Assembly: GCF_009914755.1 (NCBI RefSeq)
Contig: NC_060929.1
From: the human T2T-CHM13v2.0 reference genome, Homo sapiens
Reading direction: 5' to 3' (one strand)
DNA: 64,000 bases
Below are positions 19,238 to 32,250 of the stretch, piece by piece (within the stretch, counting starts at the first letter, position 1; the number at the start of each line of letters is the position of its first letter). The notes below the pieces were generated by a model. It did no database searches. It saw only the letters and a program-made list of their open reading frames with translations, and was not told the DNA's origin. The translations under genes were made by a program, and so were the position numbers.

Positions 19238-20474
19238 TTATCTTTTTGATATCCTAACATGTGTGAGATGCCATCTCATTATGGTTTTCATTGGAATTTC
19301 ACTCAGTGATGTTGAGCACCTTATCATACATCTATTCGCCATTCTCATGTCTTCTTTAGAGAAATGTCTATTCAGGATCTTTGCCCTCTCTTTAATTGGT
19401 TTATTTAACTATTTGCGATTGACTCATATGAGTTATCTATATATTTTGGATATTAATCCCTTACAAGATTTATGGTTGGCAAATATCTTCTCACAATCTG
19501 CAGGCCATCATTTCATTTTCTTGATTGTTTCCTTTGTTGTGCAGAAGCTTTTTAGACTGATGTGGCCCCACTTGTTTATTTTTGCTTTTGATACCTGAGC
19601 TTTTGCTGTGACATCCAAAAAATCATAGTCAAGGGGGTATTCCTCTACATTTTTTTCTTCTAGGAGTTTTATGGTTTCAGAGCTTATGTTTAAGTTTTCA
19701 ATCTATTTTGAGTTCATTTTTATATGTTATATAAGACAAGGTCCAGGGAATCTTTGAACACTCTTTGTGGGAATGTAATCTGGTGCAGCCATTATGGAAA
19801 ATAGTATGGAAGTTCCTCAAAAAAAATTAAAAGTCTAATAACTATATGACCTAGCAACCCCTCTTTTCAGTATATGCCCAGATGAAATAATATCATACAG
19901 ATATCTGCACTCCCATGTTCACTGCAGCATTATTTACAGGAACCAACTTTTAATCAACCTGAGTGTCCATTGATTAATTAATAGATAAGAAACTTATATA
20001 ATGGAATATTATTAAGCCTTATAAAAGAAGGAGATTCTGTCATTTGTGACAATGTGGATGAACCCGGAGGAATTATGCAAAGTTTAAAAAGCCAGACACA
20101 GAAAGAAGAATACTGAATGATCTCACTTACATATGAAATCTAAAACAATAAAATTTGAATACATAGAAATAGAGCAGAATAGTGGTTACTGGGGTGGGTG
20201 TAAGGAATGGGGGAAATATAAGTCAAATGGTACAAAGTTCTTATGTAGGATGAATAAGCCTGGAGATCTAATGTACAGTATGAGTACTATGGCAATAATA
20301 TTGTATTACATAATAGAAATTTGCTGAGAGAGTAGATTGTCAGTGCTCTTACCACACACATGAAGATAACAATATGAGGTGATGGATATGTAAATCTATC
20401 TGACTATAGTAATCATTTTACTATATATATGTATTTAACACATCACATTGTATACCTTAAATTTATACAAAAAA
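19238..20474. mobile_element. Old L1 (L1MA-like), 5'-inverted: minus 19238-19745, plus 19745-20474
   Basis: Reverse ORF2 C-terminal segment joined to the nearly adjacent forward segment, then an L1MA-type 3' end. Confidence 0.75.
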
Positions 20475-23400
20475 GAACAAAATATTTTTACCATTTACAT
20501 ATATCTGAAAAATCCCTTTTTAATATTTTCATTATTATATGAGTTAATCTAATATTAATAGCTACTTATATAGAAATCCAAACTCAGTTCCACTTGTAGT
20601 ATTAAAAAAAATGACAAAGTAATTAAAAACCTCCTCTTAGGCAAGAGAAGGAAAAAATAAAATGAAAGCTTTATATTTGAGGTGATATGAACAAAACAAT
20701 AAGTTACGGTTGTAGTTCATTTTAACCAGCGACTTATTGTATAGCTGCAAGATCTCTACTGTATCATTTTCTAAGTGATTTTGGTCCCATCCACTAATTT
20801 CAGATTCCCAGCCCTGTATTAAATGATTTCCTTGAGGAATGAATGAATGATTTCCTTGTGATAAATGAATATTTCTAAATATCTAAAATTATAGCTAATA
20901 AGACCAAATAAACTAAAAGCAATGAGGAAATTGTGAGAATAAACTTGATTTGCTACACCTTATAGTTAAATTATATTTTATATGGATTAGTTTATTTTTA
21001 GCAGTCAATATTCAAATTTATATGTCTTTTTTTTCCAAGGGACATAGAAATAAGTATTGTTATAGTCAGTTTATGAAGTATCTATTATGAAACTTAAATA
21101 AAAGCTAAATGAAAATTGGATTTGTGCAACATAAGGAAAGCAATCACTGACAACTTTGTTAAAAGGTGTTATTTGATTTTACCTTTCAAAAATACATATC
21201 ATATGTTCAGGTGAATGTTGTTAATTTCAAAGTTGTAATCTTATCTGTATTTCATACCCCCTCACATTCTTCATATTTGCAAAGCTTTGTTTTTAAAGGC
21301 ATATATATTAGACCAAAGTCAGATAAATATAGTAGCACAGTTCAGAGACTATAATAGTTTATATTGTAATCCCATAAGCAGATTCAGAAGGAAGTTTCAA
21401 AAAAATAGTTTCCAAAAATTATTTGTGCAATATCAACATACTTAGATTAAATATATCACTTCTAAAAGTGATTCATTTTGGGGTACAGTATCTGCTTTAA
21501 AAATGTGAATCTCATTAGTTTGTAATTAGATCTTAAAATATAACTCAGCTTGAAGAAATTTCTCTATAGTTCATTGATGTGTTTTTATACTCAATAAAAC
21601 AAGATGTTTAAATATCTGAATTTAAGATTCAAGTAGGATAAATAAAAAGAAGCTTCTGGTAGCTAAAGAAGCAGGTGTTAACTGAATCTACCCTGATAAC
21701 TCAGATGTTATGAAATATGGTCTTTTAGGCTAATACATCCTACCAGAACATTCAGAACTGAAAGTGATTAACAAGCCAATGCTTCCCAATCAATAAGGGG
21801 ATGCATGCCTACTATTAGAAATGCAGATAAGATGTATCATGCATCCCCTCTACGAGTCAACATTTTAAAACACTTATTAAGAACTTGCTATTTGCAAGGC
21901 AATTTAGAAGTTCGAATAAAAGAATGTGGGTACGTATGAAGAAATAACCAAAGACAGAATGTGATTGTCTAAAGTATAAGAATATTTTCATTCTGACATT
22001 TATTTTATTAAATATAATCTCAGTTACATGGGAACAAAGTGGAGGGATCACTTATCTGTTTTAACGAGGCAGTTTTTCAATAATTCAAAATATAAGGCAA
22101 ATCAATTGTATTCCATTGTAAAGAAAAAAATCCATATTATTTTGTAGCATTATAACACAAGTAAAACACTATCTAATGTCTCCCTAATTTTCTCGTTTAT
22201 TATTTGTCTTCCTGATTTTTTTCATTCTATATGTTATTGAAGATAAACATCTATTATTTACTTTAAAAATAGTTCTAAACAATGAGAATAGATCATAACT
22301 ATTGAATTATAATCGACCCAACTCTGTGTGCCTATAGAATTAAAACAACCTAGATTTGTCATATAATATCAATACATTAAAAATGTTTACTAAATAGTAT
22401 GAGTGGTAATATCCACTAGGAACTTACATTTTTAGATAAGTCATGTATAGATTTGTTCAAAAAATTATGCTTTTAAAATTCAAAATTCATACATTAACAA
22501 CTATTAATCAGGATGCTGTGATTTTTGGCAGTAAAAAACGCTATTTATTGTATTATTTATTCTATTACTTTACTTTGAGAAGTGGCTTATCTCCAATTAG
22601 AAAAATAAATATTTAATTTAAAGAAATTAACATATATATTTGAAGAAGACACTGTCCAATCTGGAAGAGTATGAACCTGGTAAAGATATTATATGGGGAT
22701 ATGTGAAAGCTGAATTAACGTACATTTTTTTCTGGCAAACAAAAGATTTCATTTCACTGATAACTGAAACAAAATGGTGAAATAACAGGAAAGAGACATA
22801 AGTTAAAAGAGGACCACAAAAATAAATCTCAGCTTGGAAAATACCATTCTGCATCAATTCTATTGGTGAAAGGAGATGAGAGTGAAAACAGAATATTAAT
22901 GCTGTAATAAACAAACATGAATAACAGCTATAAATTAAAGATATATATCTGATATATATGATTACTGAAAAATATAAGTGAACAGGATAATAACTATTCC
23001 TTTAAAAAAATAAGTGTTGAAAAATTCAGGGCAAGAGATACTAAAATGAACTCAAAAATCTCAATCCAATTTTCATAATTATTCATATTCCTTATGAAAT
23101 CAATTATTTGCAAATCTGATAATATTTTGCCAAATGTTTTAATTTACTCTTTTTATTATATAGGTTGATAAAATTAAAAGGAAAACATTTGTTTCCCATT
23201 GTCTGCTTTTTATACAAAAGGAGTGTCTACTTTACTAAATGACACATTTTCTCAATGTTAATATAATCCATATGTGAAATTATGTAGCTAAATATTCCTT
23301 AAGAGCACATTTGTTCTATTTTAAAAATCTATGCTAAAATCACAACAAAAACATCTGCTCATATCTAGAAATGAAAGTATTTTTAAAACATAATTTAAAT

Positions 23401-23774
23401 TCTATGATGTGCACATCACTCTGGAGGAAGATGAGTATTTTGAAGAAAAAATGTTCAGTTGCATTTCACAAAAAGACCTTCTTAGTGAGGAGAGAAGTTA
23501 TGAAAATAGATTTAGAATAAGAAAAGTACACAAGTAGCTATATTATACTTAAATATAGCATACACTGGGTTACAATTCATTTTCTTCGTACAAAACAATA
23601 ATTTTGCTAAAGCACCAACACTGCTTGGCAGATGACTTAGTAAGGTGTGGGCAGCAGACAGGAGAAATGAAAATGAATTGGGCTAGAAAATGATGGCTGC
23701 TGTCAAGGATTGACACCCAGAGAGAAAGTCCAATTAAAGTTAAGAAATATGGACAGAAGAAGTCCTAGCCAGAG

Positions 23775-24640
23775 AAGTCTAACATCCAGAATCTATAAGG
23801 AACTTAAATCAACAAGGAAAAAAACAACCCCAGTAAAAATTGGGCAAAGGACATGGACAGACACTTATCAAAAGAAGATATACAAGAAGCCAACAAGCAT
23901 GTGAAAAAAATGCTCATCATCACTTAACAGAGAAATTCAAATCAAAAACCACAATGAGATACCATCTCACACCAGTCAGATACTATTAAAAAATCAAAAA
24001 ACAACAGATGCTGGCAAGGCTGTGGAGAAAAGGGAACACTTACTCACTGTTGGTGGGAATGTAAACTAGTTCAGCCACTATAGAAGGCAGTTTGGAGATT
24101 TCCCAAAGAACTTAAAACAGAGCTACTGTAAGATCCAGCAATCCCATTACTGGGTATGTACTCAAAGGAAGACAGATCATTATACCAACAAGACACATGC
24201 ACTCATAAGTTCATTGCTGCACTATTCACAATAGCAAAAACATGGAATCAAATCATGTGCTAATGGTGGATTGGATAAAGAAAATGTAGTACATATAAAC
24301 TACAGAATAATATACAGTCATGAAAAAGAATGAAATTATATGCCTCTTAGCAACATGGATGGAGCTGGAGGCCATGATTCAAAAATTAATGCAGGATCAG
24401 AATACTAAATACTACACATTCTCACTTACAAGTGGTAGCTAAACATTGAGCACACATGGATGTAAACCTGGGAACAATAAACACTGCAGACTACTAGAGA
24501 GTGGAGGAGAGGAAGAGGGTGTAGGTTGAAAATCTACCTATTGGATACTATCCTCCCTACCTGGATGCAATATACCCATGTAACCAACCTGCACATGTGC
24601 CCCCTGTAACTAAAGTAAAAGTTAAATTAAGAATAATAAA
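23775..24640 (+). mobile_element. 5'-truncated L1 (L1PA17/L1PB4-like)
   Basis: ORF2 C-terminus (SRIYKELK) and a 3'UTR ending gcaatatacccatgtaaccaacctgcacatg. Confidence 0.8.
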
Positions 24641-24740
24641 GAAATCCAGTGTGTATTTTATACTTACATTACATTTCAATTTGGAATAGTGGAGTGTTCA
24701 ATAGCCCATGTAGCTAGTGGCTACCCTATTGGACAACACA
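24641..24740 (-). mobile_element. MER3-like hAT-Charlie fragment
   Basis: Terminal sequence caatagcccatgtagctagtggctaccctattggacaacacag. Confidence 0.65.
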
Positions 24741-26431
24741 GGCCTGGAGTTTTTCTGGAAGAGGCCTCAAAAAAAAAGTTAACAGGGGTTGCTTCTCAGG
24801 AAGAGAACTAAGAGACTAGGGGTAAAAAGAGATAGCAACCTTACTTTTAACCACAAACCCTTCTGTATTGCTTGAATTATGTGTCAAGTATATGGGTTGT
24901 CTGTATAGAAAAAATACACCATAATAGACAGACATACAGACAGAGTCTTTGGGCAACACTATCAACAGCAAAGCTTCAAAGTCAGGGCAAACAGAAAGCA
25001 GAAACTAGGCAGAGGAAACTCACAAACAGATGAGTTTGCTATTGAGTCATGTGATTAGGCTGGTCCTAAAACAGGCTACACAATACTGCCTAGAGTGGGA
25101 GAAATATGATAGGAGTTCCTATCCAAATCAGGCTATAGACTATCTAACAATATTATGAAAATGAAACATCAATTGAGGGTTTGTCTGAATGTCTGATTCC
25201 ATTTCAAAGGCAGTTTATAGTTATAATGAGTATCATGCAACATGACATTTATATATCCTTGGAATTTATCAAAGAAATGTAAGATATTTATTTTGTTTTC
25301 TTCCACTGAAACTTTGATCTTTTGAATTTACTCCTACAGGTAAAATCCTTGTCCAGTTTTGCACAGAGATAGAAGCCATGAAGCCAGGCTAGTTGAAGTA
25401 AGTCAGGCCTATGAATTGAACTGACCCTATCTTGTATATGAGTTTCAATAACTGGGCTACTTTCCCTCCTTCCATATAAGCAAGCACCATTCTGACCATT
25501 AATTTCAGGAGCCCTTTCCTGCTCTTGTCTCTCAGGCCTAAATCCTTTTCTCAGTTACTAAAAAGAATCCATCTAATGCCGAGGTCTTTTCTCTTCAGAC
25601 CAACCACTAACTGCCTACCTCTCAGGACTTGACTCTATTTTTTTTTCTGATGTTGCTGGTATGTTAGTCTGGTCTTTTATTAATTAATCAAGTGAGCTTT
25701 TTCTTCCCATTATATTCTTATAATTGTGTCTGGTCTTTAGTCTCTCTGGCATTTCTCTGACCTGTCTCACTGTCCTGGAACCATGTGGAAAATACCATGC
25801 CATCTCTAACATTTGCATTCTTCATTGCACATGGTTCAGGCCACAGCCTGTGTTTGATAAATACTAATTAGCTGGATAAGGAACTAAGTCATGATGCCAA
25901 GTTGCAGGATTATTAAATTATAATTGTAAAAATTACATTTTTAAAATAAAATGAGTGAGGCAGACACAGTACCCTTAAGCCTAGTGAATATGATGTTTGA
26001 TGCTAGTTATACATGTGATAGTGCTGTATGCTCTCATGAAAGGTATTTCTGAAAGTTTATTTTACCATTTTCCTCCTTTTTAATCTTAATTTTATCATTC
26101 ATTCTCCTCACTGTATTATTTTTCTGTATTTTTCTCAATGTTCTCATTTTCCAATTTTCCTTATTCTTTAATGTCAATGTGCTATTTTGTATTGTATTTT
26201 CCTCTGTATTAGTTCGTTTCAAGACTTTTCTCCTTTTATTCAAAACTCTTAACCAACATCATTTAGTCTGGCACAGCATAGTGAGCTCAGCAAATATAAA
26301 AGTAAATAAATAAACAAACCTGTGCCAATTTTCTGGTTGAAATCTGAAAAAATATTACTCAAAAGGTTGACTCTCTATTATTAAAGGCATGACATTAAAT
26401 AAGAATTATGTTTACAACATAGGAACTTTAC

Positions 26432-26461
26432 CTGCTGAAGTTGGTTCTTCTTCATCTGATG
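26432..26461 (-). CDS. EDIL3: EDIL3 exon 3, a 30-nt phase 1-1 microexon encoding (A)SDEEEPTSA(G)
   Basis: Minus strand reads ttatcatag|CATCAGATGAAGAAGAACCAACTTCAGCAG|gtaaag. It joins exon 2 in frame to give ...SSVVEVASDEEEPTSAG, matching recalled human Del-1. Confidence 0.96.
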
Positions 26462-26923
26462 CTATGATAAGAGGAAAAGGTGAAATGGGGGTGGGGTAGA
26501 AGTGAAGGGAGGGAGAAGGGGGGAGAGAGAAAGAAAGAGAAAAAGAGATATTGAGATTGAACATAAATATATTTCACATTTCCAAACACTAACTACAAGC
26601 CCCTGACTTGTAATTTTGTGTATACATTAGAAAATTGTCATGATTTAATAACAGATTAATGAGTATTCACATTAAATAAAAACATATGTGCTCCTATACT
26701 TTAAAATATCTATTAATATTTGTTAGAAAAAAATTGAATTGTCTGAATTTGATTTTCCTTTGCAAATAAGATTAACCTTAGTTAATTTGAGTATAAATTA
26801 TTATAAATATTGCTGCTGAAAAATATGGATTGTATATAACATAGAGCTACCCCACCATCAATTTTCTATTTGGCAAAGAGGAATTAAAAGTCATGGCTGA
26901 TGGTCAAAAATTGTGTTCCATGA

Positions 26924-27429
<506 letters not shown>

Positions 27430-27439
27430 TAGTAGTGAT

Positions 27440-27700
27440 GATTCTGTGGTAAGGACACCGGAACCTGCATTTTAAAGAGTGACCCCAGGTGGTTCTGACT
27501 TATGTTCTGCAACCCACATATGGATACACATAGACATTATAAAAGAGGAGGCCACAATACGAAAATACAATTTTATCCTTGGGTAGTGGTTACCAACCCT
27601 GTAAGTATATTAGAATTCCAAATTCTGGGCTCCACATAGAACCAATTAAGTCAGAATCTTTACATGGTATTAACTTGTAGCCAGGATTGAGGTATTACTA
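27440..27700. mobile_element. MER5-like hAT-Charlie fragments
   Basis: aacctgcattttaaagagtgaccccaggtggttctga and ctccacatagaaccaattaagtcagaatct. Confidence 0.5.
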
Positions 27701-29834
27701 GGCAATATCAATGTAAGATAACATTAACTGTAACTCATACAAGTGTGAATCTTGTTGATTCCTGTTTTAAGAGGTAGGAAGGTTTGAGAGCAGCAAGATT
27801 CCAAGGGCAATAACCTACTGCCCTGTGTATGTGGAGGATGGAGCACAGCAATTACAAGAGTGAAAAAGAAGTTTGTCTGAAGCAGCTTCACAATTTTGCC
27901 TAGAATCCATCTATTCACTTTTATACTTCAACACACACTCTGTGAAGAAGTATTTCTGCTCTGTACAGAACTGCAGTTTACCCAGAATATTACCGTTGAA
28001 TTATATGACACAAGCCAGTCCTATTTCACTTGATTCATGAAGTTTTAAAATAAAAATTTACTCAGCTGAATTGCTTATAAAGGAACTTTGTTCCCAGCGG
28101 ATTCGTTAATCAAGGTATCACTGTGTAGCCAGGGAGTGGTCTCCACTCTTTTCCGTTAAGGTTACATCTGCGCAGAGTACACATTAGACAAGCTGACTTT
28201 GTGTCCTGACAGTGTTTTCTTCTCACACTGTTTGGCTCGCCTCCTTGGCACATAAAGAAATGGAGAGAGCAAACACAGTTGGCATGCATGGCGCAGAGAA
28301 CATAAATATTTTAAAAGCTGTTTGCCGCTTTATCATGTCCAAAATATATCATAACATGTTCAAAGAGGAAAAAAAATGGTAGCTTCCAGGAATTCCCTTT
28401 TAGGAAAATACCACAGGGGCTTGCAGAAGTGCTGACTTAGATGAGTTATTGTTAACAAAATCTAGAGATTCAAAAGAAAAAAAATCCTTACACTTATGGC
28501 TGGTCACTTTATGTGTATGAACTCATTTAATTCACAAAGCAACCAATGAGATGAAAATATTTCTCATTTGATAAAAGAAAGTACAGAGGCTCAGAGTGAC
28601 TGAACAATCTGTGTGAGTTCAATTTGAATTTGAGCTCATGTCAGTGTGACTTTAAAACTGAACTTCTTCTGCTGTGCCTTATTGTATCACAAAGTGCTGA
28701 TTCCGTTTCTACTTAAAGATAAAAACTAGACGGCAGAGTTTACTGAAATTCACTAGGTACTATTTAAAGTGTTGGGTCATGGGAGTAGTTATGCTCCTAA
28801 TAATGTTAGCTGGACTTAAGCATAAAACTGGGGGAGAAAAGAAAGAAAAATTGATACAGAGGCTGAGGAGAGAAATCCTTTCAAGAAATGGAGTTCTTTG
28901 GAAGCTTCTCCATTTCCCTTACAATCCAGGGACAGACATAGGCAGCTGAGATCCTGACTGGTTAAACAAAGCACCCTAAAGAAGTGATGTCTAAGGAAGG
29001 AAGACTGGAAGTTGCTAAGATTTTACTTTTCCATTATGTAAGAACAAGCAAGAAATTTTAGGAAGGAATTAGCAAGTACAGAAATGAAGACAATTCCAAA
29101 TTTAGTAAGAGTCATAGTAATCAGAACCTTTGAAAAAGCAAATCCCACAGGGCAAGCTGTGCACCAATCTACACTTGAATTTGCAATACCTGAAAGTATC
29201 TTTGTTACAAATTAACAGAATTACAGCCAGCAAATACACAACTTTGCAAAGATTTCTCTATGTAACATCTACATAGCAGTGCTTCCTTGATATGGGTAGA
29301 TGTCATTAACCAATATTCATACTATTCACACTCATGAAGGCATATACACAAGGGTTACTATTGGTAATAATCCAGCTTTAGTTATCTCTGTAACAAAGGC
29401 AGCATTTCAGGCTAACTGCTTTACTGAACAAAACATCATCAACTATTAACAGGTGGCAACTAGAGCCCCAGAGTAAAAATAAACCTCAAAGTGGGCATTA
29501 GTTGCCTTATTAATGACATTTCTGCGAAACAAGTATCACAGAAGGTACTATCATGCTACCCAAATGATTATTCTCTCTTCCTCTCAGAAGTCATAAAATC
29601 AGCAATTAAAATAAAAATCAGAGTCTATGGCACATGTAGTCTCTTCTAATTCTGGGAATTTAAACACATTCACCAAGAAAACCAAAAATAAGCAACCCAA
29701 CAAATAAGTGTATTGCTCCACTTGGTCAGCATTTAGAAGAATGTACTGAAATTATAATGATGGTAGGAAAACAGAGGTAAAAAAATATATCAGACATATA
29801 GAATTTAAGTAAGTGTAATCCTCCTATCACCCAT

Positions 29835-29970
29835 AACAGAATCTTCCTGGGTGTCTGTTAAAATGCCCCACACCTACTGAATTTGAATATTGGGTTTTAG
29901 CCCAGGCTTCTGCATTTTTTATAAGTTCTGTAGATAATCGCCACGAACACTAAATATTGAGAATTCTGAC
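29835..29970 (+). mobile_element. MER5A-like fragment
   Basis: cacctactgaatttgaat...gcccaggcttctgcattttt...taaatattgagaatt. Confidence 0.5.
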
Positions 29971-30174
29971 TCTAACCCATCAAAGTTTATTTCACTGGGA
30001 AACAGCCATGGGTACCATTGTTGGAACCACAGCAGTAAATTAGTAGGCTTACAGAAAACCCTTTGCAATTTATATTCCGGTTGTTTCACGAGATTTCAAC
30101 ACTGTTTTCTTGTATCATCTTCAGATTTCATTGGGTACCTATATCAATGCTTTAGGGAAAGATGACATCCCCTT

Positions 30175-30612
30175 TGGATTTAATAAATGGTCTGTATCTC
30201 AGAACTAACTAAATCTGTTCCCTTTTCTTGGCCACAGTTATTGGCCTAGATATAGGCATGTGACCCATTTGGGGACAAGGATATGTAAGGAGATATTTGT
30301 GTGTATTTAGGTGGGGAGAGGCTCTTGGAAAAAAAAGGCCTCCTCACTCTTCTCAGAAAGTGTCTGGAAATAACCCCTTCTCACTCTCCTTTAGATGTAG
30401 ACACAGAGGCTTGTGGCCCCAGAAGTCATTGGCATGCACCTTGCAACCATGATGGGAGACAGATCTGGAAGAAAGCTGATCCTGCTCAAAGGCAGAGTGC
30501 AGAAACAAAGATTTTAGAATCTTGATGAGATTGTTGAGCCACTGAATCATATCAACCATGAATCCTGACCTTTCTTTGGACTTCTAGTTCTAGGGAAAAT
30601 ACATACTGTGTA
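30175..30612 (+). mobile_element. Old MLT1 (K/L-like) LTR
   Basis: ttggccacagttattggcctaga...catgtgaccca, ttgttgagccactgaatca and a terminal acaatcctaat. Confidence 0.55.
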
Positions 30613-32109
30613 TTATTTGAGTTGAGCTTTTTGTTATTTACATCTAAATGGCAATCTGCTACAATCCTAATCAGTTTTGTTGTTCCTTTTAAAAATATTA
30701 GAATGCATAAGAAATTAATTATCTGAGGCAGCTGAGACCAGAAGTACACACAGCCTCAGGCTATGCATTCAGTGGGCAGCTGAGATTTCAGTGCTTTATT
30801 TTTCCAGGGAGCTTACCACCATGCTTTGATACAATAAACCTATTCCTTGATTTTTAAGTTAGTCGCTCTTTTGCAGGACATTCCACCAGTGTACATGTTC
30901 CCATGTTCCTGAAGTGTGGTGGTACTTGGGAGGACAGGAAGGCATCATACAGACTCTCCTTGACTTCCTTCCTTTCTTCCTCACTCTCTTTCTCTTTTTC
31001 CCCACAAGTATCAACTGTGAAGTACAACTACCCAGGCCCAGTGGGCCGTATATTACCCTGATACAACACGATACTATAACACTTAAGTTTATTCATTAGA
31101 CAGATTCCAGTCTCTTTGTGTGGTTTCAACAATTCTTACATATTCTGTTTTTGTCTGTTTCATTTTTGAGTGTTTTAAGTAAACTTTTATAACTTGGAAA
31201 TTATACCCATTAAAAACAATTTTACACCCAGTGTGGCTTACCATCAAATAGGAAAATCTCATTATGAAATATAAAAACTACATTTCTTAGTATATTATAA
31301 CATATTTTACATGTGAATGTTAATTCAGAGTGACTTATTGATCCTTTTGTTGGCTATATCATAAATTTGGTTAAGCATGTACCAAATATGTTTTCAAGCA
31401 TATAATTATCTAGTCATTAGTTATTTCCATAACAAGAACTATGTATTATTGTATTCTGACAATATTTTACAATGTTTTATTCAACTGCAGTGATGCAAAA
31501 ATAGCAATCATGATATTTATGCTTGATTATTTATGCCTACCCAGATGTCAAGTGCTCTACATGTGTGTGTATGTTTGTGTGTTGAGGGGAGCAGAGGCAT
31601 TACTAAAATTAGAGTAAACTATTATTTAAATTTGTGAACTCAGTCATTAAAGAAGGATATGGAGTTGCCTGCGGACGTATCCATAGAAGTACTGAGAGAG
31701 AGGTTTGGGTTAATTTGGTTTTTGTTTTATTATTTGTTTATCTGTTGTCCTTGGCCAATGGCCCAACTGGGATATGACTTTGTACTTAAAGGTTGCTATT
31801 ACTAACTTCTTCCCTGTGAAAAGTATAACAAAGATGATTAGTTTCCTCTGGCCAAATATTTCAGACAGCATATGATGTGGTCAACTCCACAATCTCAGAA
31901 CTGCAGAGTATTTGGGTCACTGTGAGGCACAGCATTGGATTTGCATAGAAAATGCTTGAATAATCAAAATGTTTCCATTCTATCAACATTTTACATGCAT
32001 TGTGATTCCTGTGCAAAATTTGGAGAATGGCATCCATTGAAGTATTGATAATATATAACACATAAAACATAATCTTGTACACATGTAGTTAGCATGTAAA
32101 CATATATTG

Positions 32110-32250
32110 AATTTTTATTAGTCTCTCCCATTAGACTAAGAGTTTCATGAGGACAGGGCTGTAGCATTTTTTTGCTCACCATTACATCCGTAGTTTTCAA
32201 AACAGTGTCTGGAACACTGGAGGAACTGAATAAATATTTGTTGAAAGAAA
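32110..32250 (+). mobile_element. L2 3' end
   Basis: tctcccattagactaagagtttcatgaggacagggc...aataaatatttgttgaa. Confidence 0.7.

Noticed and set aside
26034-26243. Lys/Asn-rich 69-aa ORF near the microexon
   Set aside because: Low-complexity sequence with no convincing splice sites.
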